Source: Macrostomum lignano (Eukaryota). Taken from it: a DNA stretch of 64,000 nt. Location of the stretch: NCBI GenBank assembly GCA_002269645.1, contig NIVC01000001.1, positions 186,001-250,000 of the forward strand, given 5' to 3'. The position numbers and the translations under genes are program-made. Every line of letters begins with the position of its first letter. The stretch's first letter is position 1. This document shows, in pieces, positions 49,895 through 62,714 of the stretch. The notes under the pieces were generated by a model. The model did not search any database and had not been told where the DNA came from. It was given only the letters and a program-made list of their open reading frames with translations.

Positions 49895-50075
49895 TTTCTG
49901 AGCCACCCTCCCAGACCCTCAGTTGCTGGGCCAGCCTCCGATCCTCAGTTGCTGGGCCAGCCTCCCAGATCCTCAGTTGCTGGGCCAGCCTCCGATCCTC
50001 AGTTGTTGGGCCAGCCTTCCAGATCCTCAGTTGCTGGGCCAGCCTCCCAGATCCTCATTTGCTGGGCCAGCCTCC
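49895..50075. repeat. 28-30-bp minisatellite in the probable SNAP-25 3' UTR
   Basis: Unit CCAGATCCTCAGTTGCTGGGCCAGCCT(C). Confidence 0.9.
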
Positions 50076-50655
50076 AAAGTCCCATAAGTTATGCAGTGCA
50101 AATATTATTATCAGATTTTTTAGAGTCCAAAGCGCGGCTGATCGATCTGTGTTAATTTTTAAGTCTCAAGTCATCTCACCCAGTTATCCGCAAGCCATCG
50201 CGACTGATTAAGTTAAATGATTTATTATAATAGCTTATTAGCGTTGTGCCGTAAAGCCTCATCCCAATGTCTTATTGGTGTCGCTTGTGCCCTTGTATTT
50301 TACACCGTTGTAACACTTTTATCCCGCCTAAAGTTTTGACACAATTTTTTCATTTCACCTTTGGCGGCAATCTTTATTGAAAATGTTTTGTTTTTTAAAT
50401 AAATGATTATCTGATGTATACTACTTGTCATGATCTTCACTGTAAGCCGTCTCAACGTTATTTTATTTTCCTCGGTTTTCCTCTAGCTAGCAATGTAAGA
50501 GATTCAATTTAGACTACTGAGAAAAGTAGACAAATAAAGATTTGAATTGTAAAATCTCTCAGATAGGTCGAAAAATGTCGTCATAAAGTGTCAAAACAAT
50601 TGCAATTTTTCTTAGTAACAGTTCCTATGTACTTTTAAACACTGGATAAACCGAT

Positions 50656-51147
50656 ATGTATCGAAATGTATGTAATGCTTTCATGTCGTCACCAGCAGCC
50701 GCTAGCACAGGCCGCCTGTCCTGGCTGGCCAGGCTGTACATCTACTCGCTGCACGGTCTGGCAATCGAGGTGTGCTTCTGCGCTGTCTGGTACCTCATCG
50801 AGCGGTTCGAAGTCCGCCTGCACGGCTACTCGAGCGTCTGGTCGCTGCCGATTTACGGCCTGTCCCTGCTGTGCATGGAGGCGCAGTCGGACTGGCTGCA
50901 GTCGCGCCAGGTGCCAATGCCACTGCGCGGCCTGGTGTACCTGGCCTGGACCTACGCCTGGGAGTTCGCCTGCGGCAGCGTGTTAAAGCTGTTTGGCGCC
51001 AATAGCTGGGATTACACAGACTATGCCAATTATCATATTTATGGTTTGGTTAATTTTGACTACGCCCCATTGTGGTTCACTTCGGGCCTGCTGTGCGAAC
51101 GCTATCTGCTTGTGTGGGCTCGGAGTCTTCGCTGGGACTCTGGATAA
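50656..51147 (+). CDS. TMEM229B: TMEM229-family membrane protein, single exon
   Basis: RLYIYSLHGL..EV.F, GYSSVWSLPIYG, YLAWTYAWEF, SWDYT, GLVNFDYAPLWF match the TMEM229B pattern; start could be 50656 or 50683. Confidence 0.85.
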   Translation: MYRNVCNAFMSSPAAASTGRLSWLARLYIYSLHGLAIEVCFCAVWYLIERFEVRLHGYSSVWSLPIYGLSLLCMEAQSDWLQSRQVPMPLRGLVYLAWTYAWEFACGSVLKLFGANSWDYTDYANYHIYGLVNFDYAPLWFTSGLLCERYLLVWARSLRWDSG

Positions 51148-51879
51148 GTGCTGGTTTAGGTGCCTGGCAACCAATTTATCAGACTGTAGTGTAGTTACAA
51201 GTACAAACACGATTTGTACTTTTATTCGCGCTTTCCTATTGCATTATTATGAGTACACGCGCGTTATATTTACGAGTACTAGTAAAAAACTACTGAGCTT
51301 TTTTAGCAATGCTAATTTGTGTCAAATTTAGATTTGCGTAAGATATAAAGATTAAAGAGTCTAGTGTATACTTTTCAACTTATTGTTTATCGCACTTGCT
51401 TGAATAACCAAACCTTTAATTGTTATACAATATAACAGAAAACATGCTGTACTTTTTCTGTTTTATCGGAAAGATCTTTCTATTGAATTATAGTTTTCTT
51501 TAAATAATTATCGTCTATAAATTCTTTATAGATTGTGTATGCGTTTGTTTAGGATGCAATTGCCGTATGATCTCAGTTAAATTTGCTGTCTTTTTCTGTT
51601 CTAATTAGAATTTTATTTGCATAATTGTTTTAAATTGCTGATTTTTAATAAATCATTGCTATAGAATGAAATATTGAGATGGTTTAGAAAGTTTAAACTG
51701 TTGCTCTTAAAATAGGCTCCTATAAATTTTCCGATATACTACTTAGGTGCAGTAGATAAAGACTTACAATGTCTAAGAAGCATTGCTTTATGATGTTTGA
51801 GTAGATATTACAGTTTGCCTAATTTACACAATTTACACAATTGTGTAATATACAAATTTACACAATTCTAGATCTCAAA

Positions 51880-52160
51880 CAGCATGGCGTCATTCACCCA
51901 GGTAAAAGTTTCATGACGTCATTCTCCCAGATAGCAAACAGAATGACGTCATTCGGATAAGGAATTTGCTCATAGATAGCAAACAGAATGACGTCATTCA
52001 TATAAAAATGACATGATTCACATGACGTCATTTTCCCAGATAACAAAGCATGACGTCACTCCTCCAGATAGCAAACAGCATGACGTCATTCCTCCAGATA
52101 ACAAATAGCATGATGTCATTCTCCCAGATCCCTAAATAGCATAGTCATTCTCCTAACTAA
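51880..52160. repeat. About 30-bp minisatellite containing TGACGTCA, upstream of CCT2
   Basis: Six perfect TGACGTCA in units like CCCAGATAGCAAACAGCATGACGTCATTCT. Confidence 0.85.
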
Positions 52161-52373
52161 CCAGCTACATAAGGTTCAGCACTGCTAGATTAAGACAATG
52201 AATTTCTAGAAGCATATCCATTGTTCCATGCTCCAGAAAGCAGGCAATGCATGTCAGATTTGCACAGTGCCAAAACCCCTCGCATTATTGCATGCTGTTG
52301 CAGCGTCAGTCCATCCTCAGCCTTTAATCTCGTCAAATACGCAACTAATAAATCGGCCAATCGATAATCCACC

Positions 52374-54660
52374 ATGGTGTCCCTCATGCCAATCTCGGTT
52401 CTGTCGCAGGGAGCGGAGGAGGAGCGCTCGGAGACCGCCCGCCTGTCCTCCTTTGTCGGCGCCATCGCTGTTGGGGATCTGATCAAGAGCACCCTGGGCC
52501 CGAAGGGCATGGACAAGATCCTGCTGGGCGGTCGCAATGGCGACGGCGTGGAGGTCACCAACGACGGCGCCACCATTTTGAAGTCGCTCGGCGTGGACAA
52601 TCCGGCAGCTAAGATTCTTGTCAACATGAGCAAAACACAGGACGACGAAGTTGGCGACGGCACCACCTCGGTCACCGTGTTGGCTGCCGAGCTGCTTCGC
52701 GAAGCCGAGCAGATGATGGCGCACAAGCTGCACCCGCAGACCATCATCTCCGGCTGGCGCAAGGCCTGCGACGCCGCTCGTCAGGCTCTGGAATCGGCCG
52801 CTATTGACAACTCAAAGGACACGGCCAGGTTCCGCGAGGACCTCATGAACATTGCCCGGACTACGCTGAGCAGCAAGCTGCTCACACAGCACCGCGATCA
52901 CTTCGCCGAGCTGGCCGTCAACGCCATCCTTCGGCTGAAAGGATCCGGCAACCTGGAGGCTATCCAGCTGATCAAGAAGCTGGGCGGATTGCTCGGCGAT
53001 TCCTACCTGGACGAGGGATTCCTGCTGGATAAGAAGATCGGAGCTCAGCAGCCGAAGCGAATTGAGAAAGCCAAGGTGTTGATTGCTAATACGCCAATGG
53101 ACTCTGATAAGATCAAGGTGTTTGGCTCCAAGATTAAGGTAACTTCAATTGGTCTCTGTCATTCTGGATATTAGGTCTCATTCACGCCATTCTTTTAAAT
53201 CCCAGAATTGCATGACGTCATTCTCCCAAATCTCAGAATTGCATGACGTCATTCTCCCAGATCCCAGAATTGCATGACACATTCACACAGATCCCCCAAT
53301 TGCATGACGTCATTCTCCCAGATCCCAGAATTGCATGGCGTCATTCTCCCAGATCCATGAACTGCATGACGTCATTATCCCAGATCCTCAAATAGCATGA
53401 CGCCATTATTCCAGATCCCTAAATCGCATAACATCATTCTCCCAGATCCCAGAATTGCATGACGTCATTCTCCCCCAGAGTCCCAGATCCCAAATCGCAT
53501 TTCCTCCATCCGAAACGAACCTGCCTCAATCCAGGTGGACGCCGTGGCCAAACTAAGCGAACTCGAGCTGGCCGAGAAGCAGAAGATGAAGGCCAAGGTT
53601 GAGAAGATTGTCGCCCACGGCTGCAACGTGTTCATCAACCGGCAGCTCATCTACAACTATCCCGAGCAGCTGTTCTCCGATGCCGGAGTTGTGTCCATTG
53701 AGCACGCCGACTTTGAGGGCATCGAGCGCCTGGCTCTGGTTAGCTCTTTTCTCAAATTTATGCATTCGTGTCCCAATGTTAATCAGTCCTGTATTTGTCC
53801 CTTCATCTTGATTACTATATTCACCTTTTAATTCCCTTTCTTCATTCCCTTCACTCTCATTCACCATTCCCTTCACTCTCATTCACCATTCCCTTCACTC
53901 TCATTCACCATTCCCTTCACTCTCATTTACCATTCCCTTCACTCTCATTCACCATTCCCTTCACTCTCATTCACCATTCCCTTCACTCTCATTCACCATT
54001 CCCTTCACTCTCATTCACCATTCCCTTCATCCCCAGGTACTCGGCGGCGAGATTGTATCAACATTCGACTCGCCCGGCTCGGTGAAGCTGGGCGAATGCG
54101 ACCTCATAGAGGAGGTGATGATCGGCGAGGACAAGCTGATCCGCATGAGCGGCGTGCCCCTTGGCGAGGCCTGCACCATCGTGCTGCGCGGCGCCACCCA
54201 GCAGATTTTGGACGAGGCCGACCGGTCTCTGCACGACGCCCTGTGCGTGCTGCAGCAGACTGTGCAGGACTCCCGCGTCATCTGCGGCGGCGGCTGCGCC
54301 GAAGCCCTCATGGCCGTGGCTGTCAGCCGCCTGGCCGCCCAGACAGCCGGCAAGGAGGCCATCGCCATGGAGGCCTTCGCCAGGGCGCTGCTGCAGCTGC
54401 CCACCGCCATCGCTGACAACGGCGGCTACGACTCGTCCGACCTGGTCGCCCAGATTCGCGCCTCGCACGTGGCCGGCCAGTCCTACATCGGGCTGAACAT
54501 GACGGACGGCGTGCCGGCCGACATGCGCCAGCTGGGCATCACCGAGTCGCTGCGCGTCAAACGCCAGGTGCTGCTGTCGGCTGCCGAGGCCGCCGAAATG
54601 ATTCTGCGCGTTGACGACATTCTGAAGGCCTCGCCCAGGCCGCGCCGCCAGGAGCACTGA
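52374..54660 (+). CDS. CCT2: T-complex protein 1 subunit beta, 530 aa
   Basis: Exons 52374-53138, 53535-53738 and 54037-54660 (1593 nt); [32 protein letters not shown]. Confidence 0.97.
53190..53490. repeat. 31-bp TGACGTCA-containing minisatellite in CCT2 intron 1
   Basis: Unit CCCAGATCCCAGAATTGCATGACGTCATTCT; five perfect TGACGTCA. Confidence 0.9.
53830..54030. repeat. 22-bp minisatellite abutting the CCT2 intron 2 acceptor
   Basis: Unit CATTCCCTTCACTCTCATTCAC. Confidence 0.93.
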
Positions 54661-55289
54661 GCGAAGCAATTTGGCCGAGTTCCGTGTAACTTCATCTTGA
54701 GGTGGAAACTATTATAATTGTTTTTCTACTTGCTGCTAACTATTGTCTCCCCGGGGAAAGCATGCAAGAATCTGTCTGCAGCCGTTTGTCCTATATCTAT
54801 ATCCAGCCGCCTAAGTGCGTGTCTACAATAACTACTGAAGTGCTTTTTCTACTACGCCTTTTTGTTACACCTTGTCACCCCTGTCTACTTTGTTACAAAT
54901 TGCAGCAGACTGCTTTAGTTGCTAAGGCTTTTAAGAAGTTCTAAATATAGGAGTTCTGCTTGAAAAATTAAATATTGAAGTGTACCGTACTGGCAAACAC
55001 CACAGTATGTCTCTGTCCATCTCTGCTTACCTTTGTTTTGCAACAGCGAGTCTGTCTCCCCCTCCGATCACCAATGCAGCTTGTTAATCGAACACGCAGG
55101 TTTGTTTTCTAAGCAAAATATCGTAATATATTTTCAGCGCTTCTTTATTGACAAGATCAGCTGTCAAGTTGAAACTAGCTGCCGAAATTCCAAGCGTATT
55201 GATGCTTATTGTTGGATACATAATTGGCTTAATGTGTCTTTGTGCTTCATGAATCCCCGGTCATAGACCGGCTATGATTCAGGTGATAG

Positions 55290-56880
55290 AATGTAATAGA
55301 ATTCCAGGTCATTGAATGTACTAGAATGTAGAATCCCAGGTCATAGAGTTTTGTAGAATCCCAGGTCATGGAATGTACTAGAATCCCAGGTCATGGAATG
55401 TACTAGAGTCCCAGGTCATATAATGTACTAGAATCCCAGGTAATGTAATGGCTAGAATCCCAGGTCATACAATGTACTAGAATCCCAGGTCATAGAATGT
55501 ACTAGAATCCCAGGTCATAGAATGTACTAGAATCCCAGGTCATAGAATGTACTAGAATCCCAGGTCATAGATTGTACTAGAATCCCAGGTCATAGAATGT
55601 ACTAGAATCCCGTGTCATAGAATTTACTAGAATCCCAGGTCATTGAATGTACTAGAATCCCAGGTCATTGAATGTACTAGAATCCCAGGTCATGGAATGT
55701 ACTAGAATCCCAGGTCATACAATGTACTAGAATCCCAGGTCATAGAATGTACTAGAATCCCAGGTCATAGAATGTACTAGAATCCCAGGTCATGGAATGT
55801 ACTAGAATCCCAGGTCATGGAATGTACTAGAATCCCAGGTCATAGAATGTACTAGAATCCCAGGTCATTGAATGTACTAGAATCCCAGGTCATAGAATGT
55901 ACTAGAATCCCAGGTCATAGAATGTACTAGAATCCCAGGTCATGGAATGTACTAGAATCCCAGGTCATACAATGTACTAGAATCCCAGGTCATACAATGT
56001 ACTAGAATCCCAGGTCATAGAATGTACTAGAATCCCAGGTCATATAATGTACTAGAGTCCCAGGTCATATAATGTACTAGAATCCCAGGTAATGTAATGG
56101 CTAGAATCCCAGGTCATACAATGTACTAGAATCCCAGGTCATAGAATGTACTAGAATCCCAGGTCATAGAATGTACTAGAATCCCAGGTCATAGAATGTA
56201 CTAGAATCCCAGGTCATGGAATGTACTAGAGTCCCAGGTCATATAATGTACTAGAATCCCAGGTAATGTAATGGCTAGAATCCCAGGTCATACAATGTAC
56301 TAGAATCCCAGGTCATAGAATGTACTAGAATCCCAGGTCATAGAATGTACTAGAATCCCAGGTCATAGAATGTACTAGAATCCCAGGTCATACAATGTAC
56401 TAGAATCCCAGGTCATAGAATGTACTAGAATCCCAGGTCTTAGAATGTACTAGAATCCCAGGTCATTGAATGTACTAGAATCCCAGGTCATAAAATGTAC
56501 TAGAATCCCAGGTCATAGAATGTACTAGAATCCCAGGTCATAGAATGTACTAGAATCCCAGGTCATTGAATGTACTAGAATCCCAGGTCATAGAATGTAC
56601 TAGAATCCCAGGTCATAGAATGTACTAGAATCCCAGGTCATACATAGAATGTACTAGAATCCCAGGTCTTAGAATGTACTAGAATCCCAGGTCATTGAAT
56701 GTACTAGAATCCCAGGTCATAGAATGTACTAGAATATCAGGTCTTAGAATGTACTAGAACCCCAGGTCATATAATTTACTAGAATCCCAGGTTCCCAGGT
56801 CATAGAATGTGCTAGAATCCCAGGTAATAAACCGGCTAGAATCCTAGGTTATACAACGAATAAGAGTCCCTGGTCATAGG
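55290..56880. repeat. 25-bp minisatellite between CCT2 and ACSS2, about 60 copies
   Basis: Unit TAGAATGTACTAGAATCCCAGGTCA; no unique spacers. Confidence 0.96.
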
Positions 56881-56974
56881 AACTCTAACTATCAATTCGT
56901 TTCCAACCCACAGCAATCAAGCATCGCATATTCTAAGAAACCAGTCTGAAGGTTCTGACTCAAACGGAAGAATC

Positions 56975-59900
56975 ATGTCATCGGCGCAGCTTGAGCAGCA
57001 CCACTTGGATCTGCAGCAGCTTCAGCAGGTGTTCGAACCACCGGCCGCTATCCAATCCCGAGCCCACGTGACCAGCATAGAGGCCTACAGGGACATGTAC
57101 CGCCTGTCAGTCTCCGATCCAAATAAATTTTGGCGCCAGATTGCCTCGGAATTTTACTGGCACAGCAAGCCGGATGGCGCGGAAGAAGCCCCGATTCTGG
57201 ACTACAACTTCGACCTGAGCAAAGGCGGCATTTACGTTCGCTGGTTCAAGGGCTGGCGCACCAACATCTGCTACAATGCGCTCGATAGGCACGTGCTGGC
57301 GGGCCGCGGTGATCGCGTCGCCTTCTACTGGGAAGGCAACGACCCAGAGGACAGGACGTCAATTACCTATGCTGAGCTGCTGCGACAGGTGTGCTAAATT
57401 TCATTACTTTCGATTAAAAATGCTCATCATACTACTACATGTTGCGTAACAAGTAGGTTGTACCGTTTAAAAATTCCGACTGGAGTTTATTATTTTGTTA
57501 GTATCCGACTTGGCGCCATATTTAGTATCCGACTTGGCGCCATATTTAGTATCCGACTTGGCATCATATTTAGTATCCGACTTGGCGCCATATTTAGTAT
57601 CCGACTTGGCGCCATATTTAGTATCCGACTTGGCATCATATTTAGTATCTGGCTTGGCGCCATATTTAGTATCCGACTTAGCGCCATATTTAGTATCTAA
57701 CTTGGCGTCATATTTAGTATCTGACTAGGCGTCATATTTAGCATCTGACTTTGCGCCATACTTGGTATTCCACTGGGCGCCATATTTAGTATCTGGCTTG
57801 GCGACAAATTTAATATCCCACTCGGCGCCATATTTAGTATCCAACTTGGTTTGCCTATTTTCTGCTATTAAACACAATCCCAATGATCAGGTGTGCCGTT
57901 TTGCCAACGTGCTTAAGTCCAACGGCGTTAAGAAAGGCGACCGTGTGGCCATCTACATGCCCATGGTGCTGGAGCTAGTGGTTGCTATGCTGGCCTGCGC
58001 TAGGATTGGCGCAGTTCATTCTATTGTTTTTGGCGGCTTCTCTGCCGGTTCGCTTGCCGATAGGATTATCAATGCCAAGTGAGTGGCTGCCTGCCTTCCC
58101 GCACTCCCCTACCCTCCTGTCTGCCTCCCTGTCCTCTCCCCCTACCCTCCTGTCTGCCTCCCTGTCCTCTCCCCCTACCCTCCTGTCTGCCTCCCCGCCC
58201 TCCCCTACCCTCCTGTCTGCCTCCCCGCCCTCCCCTACCCTCCTGTCTGCCTCCCTGTCCTCTCCCCCTACCCTCCTGTCTGCCTCCCCGCACTCCCCTA
58301 CCCTCCTGTCTGCCTCCCCGCACTCCCCTACCCTCCTGTCTGCCTCCCCGCACTCCCCTACCCTCCTGTCTGCTTCGGTATCTTCGTTTCGAATATTTCC
58401 CAATTTGGGGATATTGTCCTCTACTGCATGTCCTCTATTGTCTCGATGCCACCCGCACTAACAGATGCCACATCCTGATCACCTGCGACGGCAACTGGCG
58501 CGGCACTAAGCTGCTGTCATTGAAGAGCATCGCAGACAAGGCCATGTCAATCTGCATCGAGGAGGGCAACCCGGTTGTCACCTGTCTGGTTGTCAGCCAC
58601 GTCAAACGGCCCCGATTCGGCTCAGACGAGGCAGGCGGCGACTCGCACAGTTCGAAACCGGGATTCCGGCCGGCCAAAGATTGTCCGGTTGAGATGTTGG
58701 CCGGCAGAGATGTCTGGTGGCACGAGGCGATGGCCAAGGAGGACATCAGCGACGACTGCCAGCCGGAGTGGCTGGAGGCCGAGGATCCGCTGTTTATGCT
58801 GTACACCAGCGGCAGCACCGGCAAGCCCAAGGGCGTGCTGCACACTGTGGGCGGCTACATGGTCTACTCAGCTACTACTTTCAAGTATAGCTTTGACTAT
58901 CACATGGTGAGTCTGTTGTTTTCACTTGTGTTTTTTGCTGTCTGGGTGAGTGATTCCACTAAATACCTTGGTCATATTCCATTAAACCCCTGATGACCAG
59001 CTGAGTGATATTCCAAGAAACCCCTGATCACCGTCTGAGTGATACTCCAAGAAACCCCTGATGACCATCTGAGTGATATTCCAAGAAACCCCTGATGACC
59101 ATCTGAGTGATACTCCAAGAAACCCCTGATGACCGTCTGAGTGATACTCCGAGAAACCCCTGATGACCATCTGAGTGATATTCCAAGAAACCCCTGATGA
59201 CCGTCTGAGTGATATTCCAAGAAACCCCTGATAACCAGCTGAGTGATAATCCAAAAAACCCCTGATAACCAGCTGAGTGATACTCCAAGAAACCCCTGAT
59301 GACCAGCTGAGTGATACTCCAAGAAACCCCTGATGACCATCTGAGTGATACTCCAAGAAACCCCTGATGACCGTCTGAGTGATACTCCAAGAAACCCCTG
59401 ATGACCATCTGAGTGATACTCCAAGAAACCCCTGATGACCAGCTGAGTGATATTCCAAGAAACCCCTGATCACCGTCTGAGTGATACTCCAAGAAACCCC
59501 TGATGACCATCTGAGTGATACTCCAAGAAACCCCTGATGACCATCTGAGTGATACTCCAAGAAACCCCTGATGACCGTCTGAGTGATACTCCAAGAAACC
59601 CCTGATGACCAGCTGAGTGATATTCCAAGAAACCCCTGATGACCGTCTGAGTGATACTCCAAGAAACCCCTGATGACCATCTGAGTGATATTCCAAGAAA
59701 CCCCTGATGACCATCTGAGTGATACTCCAAGAAACCCCTGATGACCGTCTGAGTGATACTCCAAGAAACCCCTGATGACCATCTGAGTGATATTCCAAGA
59801 AACCCCTGATGACTGTCTGAGTGATATTCCAAGAAACCCCTGATGACCATCTGAGTGATACTCCAAGAAACCCCTGATGACCATCTGAGTGATACTCCAA

Positions 59901-62678
59901 GAAATCCCTGATGACCATCTGAGTGATACTCCAAGAAACCCCTGATGACCATCTGAGTGATATTCCAAGAAACCCCTGATGACCATCTGAGTGATACTCC
60001 AAGAAACCCCTGATGACCATCTGAGTGATACTCCAAGAAACCCCTGATGACCAGCTGAGTGATGATACTCCAAGAAACCCCTGATGATCATCTGAGTGAT
60101 ACTCCAAGAAACCCCTGATGACTATCTGAGTGATATTCCAAGAAACCCCTGATGACCGTCTGAGTGATATTCCAAGAAACCCCTAATGACCGTCTGAGTG
60201 ATATTCCAAGAAACCCCTGATGACCATCTGAGTGATACTCCAAGAAACCCCTGATGACCATCTGAGTGATACTCCAAGAAACCCCTGATGACCGTCTGAG
60301 TGATATTCCAAGAAACCCCTGATGACCAGCTGAGTGATACTCCAAGAAACCCCTGATGACCATCTGAGTGATACTCCAAGAAACCCCTGATGACCGTCTG
60401 AGTGATACTCCAAGAAACCCCTGATGACCAGCTGAGTGATATTCCAAGAGACCCCTGATGACCATCTGAGTGATAATCCAAGAAACCCCTGATAACCAGC
60501 TGAGTGATAATCCAAAAAACCCATGATAACCAGCTGAGTGATACTCCAAGAAACCCCTGATGACCAGCTGAGTGATACTCCAAGAAACCCCTGATAACCA
60601 GCTGAGTGATAATACAAAAAACCCCTGATAACCAGCTGAGTGATACTCCAAGAAACCCCTGATGACCAGCTGAGTGATACTCCAAGAAACCCCTGATGAC
60701 CATCTGAGTGATACTCTAAGAAACCCCTGATAACCATCTGAGTGATACTCCAAGAAACCCCTGATGACCATCTGAGTGATACTCCAAGAAACCCCTGATG
60801 AACATCTGAGTGATATTCCAAGAAACCCCTGATGACCGTCTGAGTGATACTCCAAGAAACCCCTGATGACCAGCTGAGTGATACTCCAAGAAACCCCTGA
60901 TAACCAGCTGAGTGATAATACAAAAAACCCCTGATAACCAGCTGAGTGATACTCCAAGAAACCCCTGATGACCAGCTGAGTGATACTCCAAGAAACCCCT
61001 GATGACCATCTGAGTGATACTCCAAGAAACCCCTGATGACCATCTGAGTGATATTCCAAGAAACCCCTGATGACCGTCTGATTGATACTCCAAGAAACCC
61101 CTGATGACCATCTGAGTGATACTCCAAGAAACCCCTGATGACCAGCTGAGTGATGATACTCCAAGAAACCCCTGATGATCATCTGAGTGATACTCCAAGA
61201 AACCCCTGATGACTATCTGAGTGATATTCCAAGAAACCCCTGATGACCGTCTGAGTGATATTCCAAGAAACCCCTAATGACCGTCTGAGTGATATTCCAA
61301 GAAACCCCTGATGACCATCTGAGTGATACTCCAAGAAACCCCTGATGACCATCTGAGTGATATTCCAAGAAACCCCTGATGACCGTCTGAGTGATATTCC
61401 AAGAAACCCCTGATGACCATCTGAGTGATACTCCAAGAAACCCCTGATGACCATCTGAGTGATACTCCAAGAAACCCCTGATGACCGTCTGAGTGATACT
61501 CCAAGAAACCCCTGATGACCAGCTGAGTGATATTCCAAGAGACCCCTGATGACCATCTGAGTGATAATCCAAGAAACCCCTGATAACCAGCTGAGTGATA
61601 ATCCAAAAAACCCCTGATAACCAGCTGAGTGATACTCCAAGAAACCCCTGATGACCAGCTGAGTGATACTCCAAGAAACCCCTGATGACCATCTGAGTGA
61701 TACTCCAAGAAACCCCTGATGACCGTCTGAGTGATACTCCAAGAAACCCCTGATGACCATCTGAGTGATACTCCAAGAAACCCCTGATGACCAGCTGAGT
61801 GATATTCCAAGAAACCCCTGATCACCGTCTGAGTGATACTCCAAGAAACCCCTGATGACCATCTGAGTGATATTCCAAGAAACCCCTGATGACCATCTGA
61901 GTGATACTCCAAGAAACCCCTGATGACCATCTGAGTGATATTCCAAGAAACCCCTGATGACCAGCTGAGTGATATTCTAAGAGACTAATGCAGTTGGTTT
62001 ATAAAGCAATCATCAACCATCCGGTGCGCGCAGGAGGACATCTACTGGTGCACAGCGGACATTGGCTGGATCACCGGCCACTCGTACGTTGTTTACGGAC
62101 CAATGGCCAACTGCGCCACATCCGTGATGTTCGAAGGCCTGCCAACTTGGCCTGACGCTGGCCGCTGCTGGGATGTTGTTGACAAATATAAGGTGAGCTA
62201 ATGACATCCACTGCTGTGGCAAAACATTCTCATTTGTATTCAACCTCTGTAATTTTCACTCCGCCAGGTCACCACATTCTACACCGCGCCCACCGCTATT
62301 CGCACTCTGATGAAGTCCGGCGACGCCTTCGTTGAGCGTAGCAGCCGGGCCAGCCTCCGCATCATCGCCTCAGTTGGCGAGCCAATCAACCCCGAGGCCT
62401 GGCTCTGGTACCACCGCGTGGTCGGCCGCTCCCGGTGCTCCGTGGTTGACACGTTTTGGCAGACCGAAACTGGCGGTCACGTGATCACCCCGCTGCCCGG
62501 CGCCACGCCTACAAAGCCCGGCTCCGCCTGCTTCCCGTTCTTTGGCGTCCAGCCGGTGCTGTTGAACCCGGAGACTGGCGATGTTATTGAAGGCCCCGGC
62601 GAGGGCTACCTGGTCTTCGCCGGGCCCTGGCCTGGCATCATGCGGACCGTGTTTGGTGACCACCCGCGCTATGAGCAG
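56975..62678 (+). CDS. ACSS2: Acetyl-CoA synthetase (ACSS2-like), exons 1-5; continues beyond the right edge
   Basis: Exons 56975-57388, 57891-58078, 58465-58906, 62034-62192 and 62268-62678 splice in frame: [66 protein letters not shown]. Confidence 0.95.
57495..57850. repeat. 24-bp minisatellite in ACSS2 intron 1
   Basis: Unit TATTTAGTATCCGACTTGGCGCCA. Confidence 0.93.
58085..58375. repeat. About 30-bp pyrimidine minisatellite in ACSS2 intron 2
   Basis: Unit TACCCTCCTGTCTGCCTCCCCGCACTCCCC. Confidence 0.93.
58985..61980. repeat. 34-bp minisatellite (about 88 copies) filling ACSS2 intron 3
   Basis: Unit CTGATGACCATCTGAGTGATACTCCAAGAAACCC. Confidence 0.97.
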
Positions 62679-62714
62679 GTCTGCTCACACTACTCTCTGG
62701 TTTCTGATTTGCTT

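Noticed and set aside
55290-56880. CRISPR-like regular 25-bp repeat (also the 34-bp array at 58985-61980)
   Set aside because: Head-to-tail units with no unique spacers, no cas genes, eukaryotic context.
58972-61946. Many long minus-strand ORFs ([13 protein letters not shown]...)
   Set aside because: Pure translations of the 34-bp intronic array, open in several frames.
58985-61980. TGATGA and CTGA (snoRNA box C/D-like) in every 34-bp unit
   Set aside because: The boxes are only about 3 nt apart, box C lacks the leading purine, and there is no guide region or terminal stem; short motifs expected by chance.
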